DNA of 40,316 nucleotides from positions 1 through 40,316 of the forward strand of contig JABHQB010000036.1 in NCBI GenBank assembly GCA_018695965.1, written 5' to 3'. Below the pieces are notes generated by a model that made no database searches, was not told the origin of the DNA, and saw nothing but the letters and a program-made list of their open reading frames with translations. Below, one piece after another: positions 17,502 to 25,664 of the stretch (within the stretch, counting starts at the first letter, position 1; every line of letters starts with the position of its first letter). Both the position numbers and the translations under genes were made by a program. The DNA comes from Flavobacteriales bacterium (GTDB lineage: Bacteria; Bacteroidota; Bacteroidia; Flavobacteriales; BACL11).

Positions 17502-19058
17502 CTAACATTTTTCTGCACATTTCTCTCCATCAATAGCTGCTGAAATAATACCTCCAGCATACCCTGCTCCTTCTCCACATGGAAAGAGTCCTTCAATCTG
17601 AGGGTGTTGGAAGGTGTTTTTATCTCTAGGAATACGAACAGGAGAGGAGGTTCTGCTTTCTGGAGCGTGTATTACCGCTTCATTGGTTAAATATCCCTTC
17701 ATTTGTTTACCGAATTGTTTAAACCCTTCTTGTAAATTTTTATTAATAAAATCAGGTAATACTTCTGATAATTTAGTTGAAGTAGTTCCAGGAAAATATG
17801 AGGTTTCTGGTATGTCTGTAGATTGTTTGTTGTTGGTAAAATCAACCAATCTTTGTGCTGGAACTTTTTGAGTTTCTCCTGCCAATTTCCATGCTTTTTG
17901 TTCTATTTCTTTTTGAAATTGAATTCCAGCTAATGGTCCAAATTCTTTATATTTTACAAAATCTTCTAACTTTAATTCAACTACAATCCCTGAGTTAGAA
18001 GTTTTAAAATCTCTTCTGGAGGGAGACCATCCATTGGTTACTACCTCTCCAGGACTAGTAGCACAAGGAGCTATGATTCCACCAGGACACATACAAAAAG
18101 AATAAACTCCTCTGCCATTTACTTGTTTTGCAAGCGAGTAGGGTGCAGGAGGTAAATATTCTCCTCTATCTTCACATTTATATTGTATCTGATCTATTAA
18201 TTCTTGTGTGTGTTCTACTCTAACACCAATTGCAAATTCTTTTACCTGTATTTCTATTTCTTTTTTATAAAGTAGTTCAAAAATATCTCTTGCCGAATGC
18301 CCTGTAGCTAATATTACTTTATTTGAGTTTATTGTATTATCTGAAAGTAGTTTTACTCCATCTACTTTATTATTTTTTAAAATAATATCGGTCACGCGAG
18401 AATTGAACAAAATCTCTCCTCCGTACTCCAAAATTGTCTCTCTGATTTTCTGAATAATTTGTGGAAGTTTGTTTGTTCCAATATGAGGATGAGCATCTAC
18501 TCTTATTTCTGGTGTAGCTCCATGCATAATAAGTACATCTAATACCTTGTTTACATCACCTCTTTTCTTACTTCTGGTATAAAGTTTCCCATCTGAGAAA
18601 GTTCCTGCACCACCTTCACCAAAACAGTAGTTAGAATCCTTATTTACAATATGTTCTTTTGTTAGTTTTGCTATATCTTTTCGTCTTTCTTGAACTGATT
18701 TCCCTCTTTCAATTACAATTGGTTTTTTACCTTTCTCTAATAGTTTTAAAGCAGCAAAAAGTCCAGCCGGTCCAGCTCCAATAATTATAATTTCTTCTTT
18801 TCCGTTTGCATCTTTGTATGCAGGAAGATTTTCTTTTTCTTTTACATGTTTTTCTGATACACAAACTCTTAGCTTTAGATTGATTTTCACTATTTTCTGT
18901 CTAGCATCTGTTGATCGTTTTAATATTTCTAGATGAGTTATTTCAACTTCTTCTATTTGCAACTTTTTTGCAACTATATTTAATAGTAATGCTCTTTTAG
19001 AAGCTTCTTCTGGTGATACTTGTATTTGTAAATCTTTAATCATACTACAAAAATACAT
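17502..19058 (-). CDS. NAD(FAD)-dependent oxidoreductase (COG2509-type FAD-dependent dehydrogenase)
   Basis: Dinucleotide-binding IIIIGAGPAGLFAALKL, and a C-terminal PCGEGAGYAGGIISAAIDG block. A second ATG at 19043 (MIKDLQ...) is an equally plausible start. Confidence 0.8.
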   Translation of the reverse strand: MYFCSMIKDLQIQVSPEEASKRALLLNIVAKKLQIEEVEITHLEILKRSTDARQKIVKINLKLRVCVSEKHVKEKENLPAYKDANGKEEIIIIGAGPAGLFAALKLLEKGKKPIVIERGKSVQERRKDIAKLTKEHIVNKDSNYCFGEGGAGTFSDGKLYTRSKKRGDVNKVLDVLIMHGATPEIRVDAHPHIGTNKLPQIIQKIRETILEYGGEILFNSRVTDIILKNNKVDGVKLLSDNTINSNKVILATGHSARDIFELLYKKEIEIQVKEFAIGVRVEHTQELIDQIQYKCEDRGEYLPPAPYSLAKQVNGRGVYSFCMCPGGIIAPCATSPGEVVTNGWSPSRRDFKTSNSGIVVELKLEDFVKYKEFGPLAGIQFQKEIEQKAWKLAGETQKVPAQRLVDFTNNKQSTDIPETSYFPGTTSTKLSEVLPDFINKNLQEGFKQFGKQMKGYLTNEAVIHAPESRTSSPVRIPRDKNTFQHPQIEGLFPCGEGAGYAGGIISAAIDGEKCAEKC

Positions 19059-19124
19059 TCTTTACTATGAAAAAGTAATATTGTCACAATTAGTTTTTTA
19101 TTAGGTATTCATTTAGAATGTATC

Positions 19125-19132
19125 TATATTTG
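19125..19132 (+). promoter_or_regulatory. -7 promoter box (TATATTTG) upstream of the S8 protease gene
   Basis: Perfect TAnnTTTG, 16 nt upstream of the ATG at 19149. Confidence 0.45.
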
Positions 19133-19148
19133 TAAAAATTAAAATACA

Positions 19149-22100
19149 ATGAAAAAATTAGTTTTCTTATTATTTATTATATGTTATTCTATTTCCTCTT
19201 TTTCTCAGGAAAATAGAATTGTATTAAAATCAGGAACTTTTAAAACAGATTATTATTTTGATTTAAATATTTCAGATAATGACAACTATCGAATGTTATT
19301 CTTTAATCAAATTCCTAACCAAAAACAAAAGAATGAGTTACAAAAGTTAGGAGTGGAGTTTTTGTATTATTTACCTAAAAATATTTATGTTGTAAGTTTT
19401 AGTCAAAATATATCTGAAAATCAACTTAAAAAATACAATATAATTTCAGTTGTCAAAATAAAATCAGAATATAAAATTGATTATAAAATTCAGAGTAATA
19501 ATTTTCCTAAATGGGCTTTGAAAAATAATAAACTTTATATAAAGTTACTACTTTTTAAAGATGTGATAATTCCTGATGTGTTAGAAGAGATTAGAGTTTT
19601 ATCTGAATCAATAGAAGATTTAAATGAATTTTCTAATTCGGTTACAATATCTATTATTCCTAGTAATTTAAATTTGTTTTCAGAACTAAATTATGTTTCT
19701 TATATTGAAGCAATTGACCCTCCATCAGAAAAAGAGAATAATGAGGGAAGAACATTACATAGGTCGAATGTAATAAATACTAATTTCTCTACTGGTCGTC
19801 ATTATGATGGTAGTGGTATAAATATTATGATGCAAGATGATGGAGTTATTGGTCCTCATGTAGATTATAATGGTAGGGTAGATCAATCTAATTGTTCAGG
19901 TTGTAGCACTTCAAATTCTAATGATCATGGAGATCATGTGGCAGGAACTATTATGGGAGCAGGGAATATTGATCCACAAGCTGCAGGAATGGCAAATGGA
20001 GCATTTTTGTATGTATACTCTTCATCCAATAATAATTATTATGATGTGCCTACAATCTATCAGAATAATGATGTAATTATTACCTCAAAATCCTATTCAA
20101 ATGGATGTAATGCAGGATATACTTCACTATCTCAAGATTTAGATGAGCAAATAGTACTATATCCTTCATTATCTCATGTTTTTTCTGCCGGAAATGATGG
20201 TAATTCTGATTGTGGTTATGGAGCGGGAAGTAATTGGGGAAATGTAACTGGAGGACATAAACAAGCTAAAAATGTAATTGCAGTTGCAAACTTAAATGGA
20301 ATTGGAGATCTTGCTTCTTCTTCTAGTAGAGGTCCCGCAGCAGATGGAAGAATAAAACCTGATATCGCTGCAAAAGGAACTTCTGTTTGGTCAACCATAC
20401 CATCATATAGTTATGGTAATAAAACAGGCACTTCTATGTCATGCCCTGGTATAGCAGGTGTTATGGCACAATTATATCAAGCTTATAAAGATTTAAATGG
20501 AGGAGTTAATCCATCTTCTGATTTAATGAAATGTATTTTACTTAATTCTGCAGATGATATAGGAAACCAAGGACCAGATTTTAAACATGGTTGGGGAGAG
20601 GTAAATGCATATCGCGCTGTGAAACTTTTAGAAAATGGAAATTATCTTACAGATTCTATTATTCATGGTTCTGTAAATTCACATATAATTGATATTCCAA
20701 ATGGAGTTTCACAAGTAAAAATAATGACTTATTGGCACGATAAAGAAGCTAATACATCCTCTCTAATTGCCCTTGTGAATGATATTAATTCTTCTTTAGA
20801 TTATTTACCTCTTGGAGTAAATTACAATCCATTAGTTCTAGATCCAACTCCAAATCAATCGGCACTTAATTCTGTTGCGGTTCCTGGTATAGATAATATA
20901 AATAATATGGAGCAAATTGTTATTGTTAATCCTATTCAAGGTAACTATACTTTAAACATTAATGGATTTAGTATCCCATACGGACCTCAAAAATATTCAG
21001 TTACATACGAATTTATTACTGATGATATTGAACTAACCTATCCTATTGGAGGTGAAGGGTTTGTTCCTGGTGAAACAGAAATATTAAGATGGGATGCCTC
21101 TGAAGGAAATACTTCATTTACTTTAGAATATTCTACTGATGGAGGTAGTATTTGGAATACTATTACAACTAATGTAAATGCGGATGACAGGCACTATAGT
21201 TGGAATGTCCCAAATACAATCACTGAGCTAGCAAAAGTTAAAATTACCAGAGGAAATTTTACTGATGAAAGTGATGAAAACTTTACAATTGTTGGAGTGC
21301 CACAAAATATTATTGTAGATTGGATTTGTCCAGATTCTGTGTATGTTTCCTGGAACACAGTTAGCGGTGCCTCGTCTTATGAAGTGAGCATGCTAGGTAA
21401 TATTTATATGGATTCAATGACTACAAATACAAATACAAATGCATTCTTTCTAAATCCGAATTCTTCAGTTACGGATAGCTGGTTCTCAGTTTGCGCAAAA
21501 GTAAATGGAAAAAAGGGGAGGAGAGCTGTAGCTGTAAATTCACAACCAACTAATAATGGATGTGTTGCTCCACCAATTGCAGACTTTTATGTTTCATCAT
21601 TATCATCTTGTTCAGGGGAAATTACATTTTTTGATTTGAGTCAGAACCAACCAAATAATTGGAGTTGGGATTTCGGAGATGGAAACACTTCAAATTCACA
21701 AAACCCTACTCATACTTATCAAGGTAGTGGAAGTTATTCAGTACAATTAATAATTTCAAATAATCTGGGTGCAGATACTGTTTTTTACCAAAATATTATG
21801 ACTGTAAGTTATAATCCTGCTCCTATAACCTATAACGATACATCTTATGTAAACCCATCTTCATTTATTCTAAGTAGTCCTTCAAATAATGTAAAATGGT
21901 ATGCAGATACTTTAGGAAGTTCTTCTTTATATTCCGGAGCAAACTTTACTACTCCAATTTTAACTCAGAACACTACTTATTACGCTAAAGACTTTGGAGG
22001 ACCTACAGTATTTGGTGGTCCCTTAGATAATACCATTGGTGGAGGAGGATATTACAATAATGATAGACATCTGTTCATTGATTGTTATACTCCTTCTAAA

Positions 22101-22727
22101 TTGATTTCTTTTGATGTATATGCTGGAACATCACAGTCAATAACCTTTGAGTTAAGAGATGATAACTCTCAAGTTTTGGAAGATACTACAATTACGGTTC
22201 AGTTAGGACTTAATACTTTGAATGTAGACTTTAATGTTCCATCTATGAATGATTTAGAATTAGGAATCTCTACCGGAAATTCTGATTTATATAGAAATAG
22301 TTCAGGAGCTTCTTATCCTTATCCGATAGGTAACCTAGCAAGCGTTACAGGACACAATTCTCCTTGGGGAGATCCTGAATATCATTATTTCTTCTATAAT
22401 ATAAAGATGATGGAAAATTGTAATTCAGAGTATGCGGAGGCTACAGCAGTATTTATGACTCCTCAATCTATTGAGGAAAATAGTCAGATAATAAATGTTT
22501 TTCCAAATCCTACATCTGAATATATTAATATTGAAAGTGTTAATAATATAGATGAAATTAGAATTTTTGACATTCAATCAAGAGTAGTTTTTTCTGAGAC
22601 CATAAACTCCAAAACAAAGAAAATTAATATCTCAAATTTTAGTACAGGAGTATATATAACAGAGATTGTAACAAACAATATTGTTATAAGAAAAGAGTTT
22701 GTCATAAGTAATGATAAAACAAAATAA
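19149..22727 (+). CDS. Large secreted subtilisin-family (S8) serine peptidase with FN3-like and PKD domains, a shared unknown module and a canonical T9SS C-terminal domain
   Basis: Signal peptide ending SSFSQ. Catalytic blocks IMMQDDGV (Asp), NDHGDHVAGTI (His), FSAGNDG (oxyanion Asn), GTSMSCPGIAG (Ser). FN3-like VYVSWNTVSGASSYEV. PKD WDFGDGNTSNSQNPTHTYQGSGSYSVQL. The CTD starts at NVFPNPTSEYINI. Confidence 0.85.
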   Translation: MKKLVFLLFIICYSISSFSQENRIVLKSGTFKTDYYFDLNISDNDNYRMLFFNQIPNQKQKNELQKLGVEFLYYLPKNIYVVSFSQNISENQLKKYNIISVVKIKSEYKIDYKIQSNNFPKWALKNNKLYIKLLLFKDVIIPDVLEEIRVLSESIEDLNEFSNSVTISIIPSNLNLFSELNYVSYIEAIDPPSEKENNEGRTLHRSNVINTNFSTGRHYDGSGINIMMQDDGVIGPHVDYNGRVDQSNCSGCSTSNSNDHGDHVAGTIMGAGNIDPQAAGMANGAFLYVYSSSNNNYYDVPTIYQNNDVIITSKSYSNGCNAGYTSLSQDLDEQIVLYPSLSHVFSAGNDGNSDCGYGAGSNWGNVTGGHKQAKNVIAVANLNGIGDLASSSSRGPAADGRIKPDIAAKGTSVWSTIPSYSYGNKTGTSMSCPGIAGVMAQLYQAYKDLNGGVNPSSDLMKCILLNSADDIGNQGPDFKHGWGEVNAYRAVKLLENGNYLTDSIIHGSVNSHIIDIPNGVSQVKIMTYWHDKEANTSSLIALVNDINSSLDYLPLGVNYNPLVLDPTPNQSALNSVAVPGIDNINNMEQIVIVNPIQGNYTLNINGFSIPYGPQKYSVTYEFITDDIELTYPIGGEGFVPGETEILRWDASEGNTSFTLEYSTDGGSIWNTITTNVNADDRHYSWNVPNTITELAKVKITRGNFTDESDENFTIVGVPQNIIVDWICPDSVYVSWNTVSGASSYEVSMLGNIYMDSMTTNTNTNAFFLNPNSSVTDSWFSVCAKVNGKKGRRAVAVNSQPTNNGCVAPPIADFYVSSLSSCSGEITFFDLSQNQPNNWSWDFGDGNTSNSQNPTHTYQGSGSYSVQLIISNNLGADTVFYQNIMTVSYNPAPITYNDTSYVNPSSFILSSPSNNVKWYADTLGSSSLYSGANFTTPILTQNTTYYAKDFGGPTVFGGPLDNTIGGGGYYNNDRHLFIDCYTPSKLISFDVYAGTSQSITFELRDDNSQVLEDTTITVQLGLNTLNVDFNVPSMNDLELGISTGNSDLYRNSSGASYPYPIGNLASVTGHNSPWGDPEYHYFFYNIKMMENCNSEYAEATAVFMTPQSIEENSQIINVFPNPTSEYINIESVNNIDEIRIFDIQSRVVFSETINSKTKKINISNFSTGVYITEIVTNNIVIRKEFVISNDKTK
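22491..22727 (+). other. Canonical full-length (about 78 aa) T9SS type-A C-terminal sorting domain
   Basis: INVFPNPTSEYINIESVNNIDEIRIFDIQSRVVFSETINSKTKKINISNFSTGVYITEIVTNNIVIRKEFVISNDKTK. It follows the typical pattern: NP.s..l.i, then v.i.D..gr.v, then l...GvY...v, then k..K. Confidence 0.8.
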
Positions 22728-23289
22728 AATACTAATTCTATTCTTTGTAATTTCCTCTGTTTCTTATTCTCAGAAGCTAACACTAAAAGATTATGTAATA
22801 GAAGAAGGAGATACTATTTTACTTTCAGATATTCCTGTTATAGAAATTATTACATTTAAGGATGCAAAGGAGAAAGTAAGGTATAATAGACTAAAAAGAA
22901 AAGTTTTGAAAGTTTATCCGTACGCTATTTACACAAAGAATAAACTGAAGGAAATTGAAGAGGAACTTTCAGAAATAAAGAGAAGAAGAAAAAAGAAACA
23001 ACATACTAAAAAAGTATCGTCTTTTCTGAAAGAGGAATTAGGAGAGAAGATGAAAAAACTTACTAGGACAGAAGGAAATATATTAGTGAAGTTAATTTAT
23101 AGAGAAACAAATATCTCTACTTATAAATTATTAAAAGAGTACAGGGGGTCTGTAAATGCTTTCTTTTGGCAAACTACGGCTAAAATGTACGACAATAACC
23201 TAAAACAAGAATATGACCCTGTAAATAATAGGGAGGACATGTTAATAGAACATATTATTATAAATGCAAAATTAGAAGGGAAGTTGTGA
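22711..23289 (+). CDS. Secreted DUF4294-like protein
   Basis: Signal peptide ending VSYSQ. LKRKVLKVYPYAIY and a Lys/Glu-rich helical core, as I recall for Bacteroidota DUF4294. It overlaps the protease 3' end by 17 nt. Confidence 0.5.
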   Translation: MIKQNKILILFFVISSVSYSQKLTLKDYVIEEGDTILLSDIPVIEIITFKDAKEKVRYNRLKRKVLKVYPYAIYTKNKLKEIEEELSEIKRRRKKKQHTKKVSSFLKEELGEKMKKLTRTEGNILVKLIYRETNISTYKLLKEYRGSVNAFFWQTTAKMYDNNLKQEYDPVNNREDMLIEHIIINAKLEGKL

Positions 23290-23312
23290 AGATTCCTTGC
23301 TAAATAGTCTAG

Positions 23313-23334
23313 ATCTTAAAATATCATTTAAGAT
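23313..23334. terminator. Weak AT-rich hairpin between convergent genes (possible terminator)
   Basis: ATCTTAAA-ATATCA-TTTAAGAT (8-bp stem) between 22711..23289 (+) and 23334..24908 (-). There is no clean T-run, and the 3' arm reaches the first base of the minus-strand stop codon. Confidence 0.3.
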
Positions 23335-23453
23335 TACTCAATAATTATCTTCTTTTCTACTGTTCCGTCATTGTATATGTAGAATAGTGTGGTGTTTCGT
23401 TTTTCGTTAACTTCTCTTCCTAGTATGTCTGTTATTTTAAGAAGTTTTTTGTT
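23334..23453 (-). other. Compact C-terminal tag, copy 5 (39 aa)
   Basis: NKKLLKITDILGREVNEKRNTTLFYIYNDGTVEKKIIIE followed by stop. Confidence 0.7.
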
Positions 23454-24908
23454 ATAATTCTGTTCTTCTATTGCAGTTACTTCACAAACAGCAATACAAG
23501 CAGCTTGAGTAGGGTATATTCCGTTTCCTGTTCCTGGATCAACACAATTCCCCTGTACGTCACAATCCCAAGTTGGTGTAATTGTTATGTTCACTGGATT
23601 AGAACTTGCTACACATCCATTTGTATCAGTTATAGTGAGAATATAAGATCCAATTTGTGTTGGGATAAAATTTGCTGTTGTACCTACAGAAAGACCAGCT
23701 AATGTCCAGTTATACGAATATCCTGGAGTTCCTCCAATAACTGTTGATTGAAGTTGATTTCCATTTTGGGTAACTGATACTATTATCTGTGATGGAGATA
23801 AGATTGTAAAAGAGGTAGTTCCAAAAGTTCCTTGTGCATCTGTGATACTAACATTATATGTTCCTGCATTTAAATTATTAGGGTTTACTCCAAACCAATT
23901 AGTAACATACGGAGCTACCCCTCCACTAATACAAGCAGCAGCTGTTCCATTTGAATCTCCAAAACATTCTACATTTGTTGTAACTGTATTTACTGTAAGT
24001 GCGCCTGGTTCAGTAGCATCAAAACTTCCCGCTTCAAAGAATACTCCAGAATCATGTGAGTCATCACTACCATCTGCAATAGCTAATTTTATGTGGTAAA
24101 CATTACAAGGAATAACAGCAGCTGAGGCTGTAAATACATCTGTATATCCATTAAAAGCAGATACTGTAGCTGCACTATCATGGTTGTAATATTGACTATT
24201 AAGAGTGTTATTAACAGTAGAGATGGTAATTGGTAAAGATGGATTTGAGTTTGGAACAACAGCAATGTTAATAGCTCCACCAGGAAAAGCGGGAGGTGAG
24301 GCATATGGGCCGGTTATTCCAGGTCCAGAAATTAAAAAGGCAAAAACATCATTATAGTTGGAATTTACAAAAGTTAAATATTCTTCTGATGCAAAAACAT
24401 AGTTGAATGTAACCGTATCAGCAGATGGTACAAAATCAAACTCCAGAATAGCAGCGTCTCCTGTAGAAGATACTGTGAAAGTTTGTCCTATTAATCCTGG
24501 AACAGAATTTGCAATTGTTAGTAAATCTGGATCTGAATTCCCCATCAATGATGTTGAAAGAAAGTAGGTGTCTAATGCTGGAGTTGAGTCAATAATATTC
24601 CATGCAGAATCATAAATATAATCCCACCAAGGAAGAGTGTCTGATCCAGTATTTCCGATAGAATCTACACCACCAGTTGACAAAACAAATCCACTATCAA
24701 TACCAATTAATCCCATTGGATCTTTAAAGAATCCAATCTGAGAAGAATCTCCTATATAGCTATGATTTGATGTTAGTACACCATTCCCAATAAGTACATT
24801 GTCAATTAAATAAGATGGGTCATTAAAGTTCCCAGTAGTATTTATTTGTACTTGAGCAACGGATAACAGGGTGGTTGTACAAAATAATGATAGTAATATA
24901 TTTTTCAT
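23334..24908 (-). CDS. Secreted choice-of-anchor-L-like protein with SprB-type repeats, a 4-Cys module and a compact C-terminal tag
   Basis: Signal peptide ending LSVAQ. N-terminal LIDNVLIGNGV...IGFF....GIDSGFVLSTG (choice-of-anchor-L-like). SprB-repeat-like VECFGDSNGTAAACISGGVAPYVTNW and VIGGTPGYSYNW. WDCDVQGNCVDPGTGNGIYPTQAACIAVC. Confidence 0.6.
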   Translation of the reverse strand: MKNILLSLFCTTTLLSVAQVQINTTGNFNDPSYLIDNVLIGNGVLTSNHSYIGDSSQIGFFKDPMGLIGIDSGFVLSTGGVDSIGNTGSDTLPWWDYIYDSAWNIIDSTPALDTYFLSTSLMGNSDPDLLTIANSVPGLIGQTFTVSSTGDAAILEFDFVPSADTVTFNYVFASEEYLTFVNSNYNDVFAFLISGPGITGPYASPPAFPGGAINIAVVPNSNPSLPITISTVNNTLNSQYYNHDSAATVSAFNGYTDVFTASAAVIPCNVYHIKLAIADGSDDSHDSGVFFEAGSFDATEPGALTVNTVTTNVECFGDSNGTAAACISGGVAPYVTNWFGVNPNNLNAGTYNVSITDAQGTFGTTSFTILSPSQIIVSVTQNGNQLQSTVIGGTPGYSYNWTLAGLSVGTTANFIPTQIGSYILTITDTNGCVASSNPVNITITPTWDCDVQGNCVDPGTGNGIYPTQAACIAVCEVTAIEEQNYNKKLLKITDILGREVNEKRNTTLFYIYNDGTVEKKIIIE

Positions 24909-24978
24909 AAGTTTTATTTTTTGTAAAAATAGGGTTTATTATTTTAGTGTAGATATATTGTTTATTCAGATTATAAAA

Positions 24979-25662
24979 TTAATTATCTATTAATGATTCT
25001 CCATTTAGATTTGTGGTGAGTATACTGCTCATATAATCAAAAAAAGGTCGTATTACCTGAAATGAATGTAACACTGTTTTATAAAATTTTTTATCTATAA
25101 CCTCTTTATTTTTAAATTTCCTTAGTAGTATGAAGTCCTTCTTATTTATTAATGTAATATTTGGATGGTTCTTGTTAAATCCTTTTGGGGCTTTTTTTAG
25201 TGAATGTCTCTTGTAAAACCCTCCAAATGTTTCTTTAATATCTTTTGTGTTTAAAATCTCAGTAATAGTTTCTCCATCCAATTCAAACTCTTTTCGTATT
25301 CTGAGTAAATCCTCTTTATTTGGTTGCCAAAAACCAACTGCCAAAAATGAACCATCAGGAGTTATTTCTAAATGATATCCTCCTCTAAGGGATTTAGTTG
25401 CTCTTTTGTAACCACAACTTCTGTATGTTTTATAAGGTGATTTATCTTTCGAGAAACGAATATCTCGGTAAATTCTGTAAACTTTCATTCCCTCCAAATC
25501 GTCTTTAGTTGAAAGTTCTTGAAAAACAGAGGTGAAAAAGGATTTTATTTTCTCTTCTTCCTCTAAATAATAATCTTTATTTTTAGCAAACCACTCTCTG
25601 TTATTGTTGTCTTTTATTTTGTTTAGAAACTTAAAGATAGAAGGATTTACTTGAGGATCCAT
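24979..25662 (-). CDS. DUF2461 (TIGR02453) family protein
   Basis: NNNREWFAKNKDYY and YRIYRDIRFSKDKSPYKT signatures. Its start lies 2 nt after the hutU stop. Confidence 0.7.
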   Translation of the reverse strand: MDPQVNPSIFKFLNKIKDNNNREWFAKNKDYYLEEEEKIKSFFTSVFQELSTKDDLEGMKVYRIYRDIRFSKDKSPYKTYRSCGYKRATKSLRGGYHLEITPDGSFLAVGFWQPNKEDLLRIRKEFELDGETITEILNTKDIKETFGGFYKRHSLKKAPKGFNKNHPNITLINKKDFILLRKFKNKEVIDKKFYKTVLHSFQVIRPFFDYMSSILTTNLNGESLIDN

Positions 25663-25664
25663 AT

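Noticed and set aside
10973-24908. Whether the secreted-protein stretch is a genomic island, mobile element or polysaccharide utilisation locus.
   Set aside because: There is no integrase, transposase, flanking tRNA, direct repeats or obvious compositional break. There is no SusC/SusD pair or hybrid two-component regulator. Housekeeping genes (the DEAD-box helicase and the FAD oxidoreductase) are interleaved.
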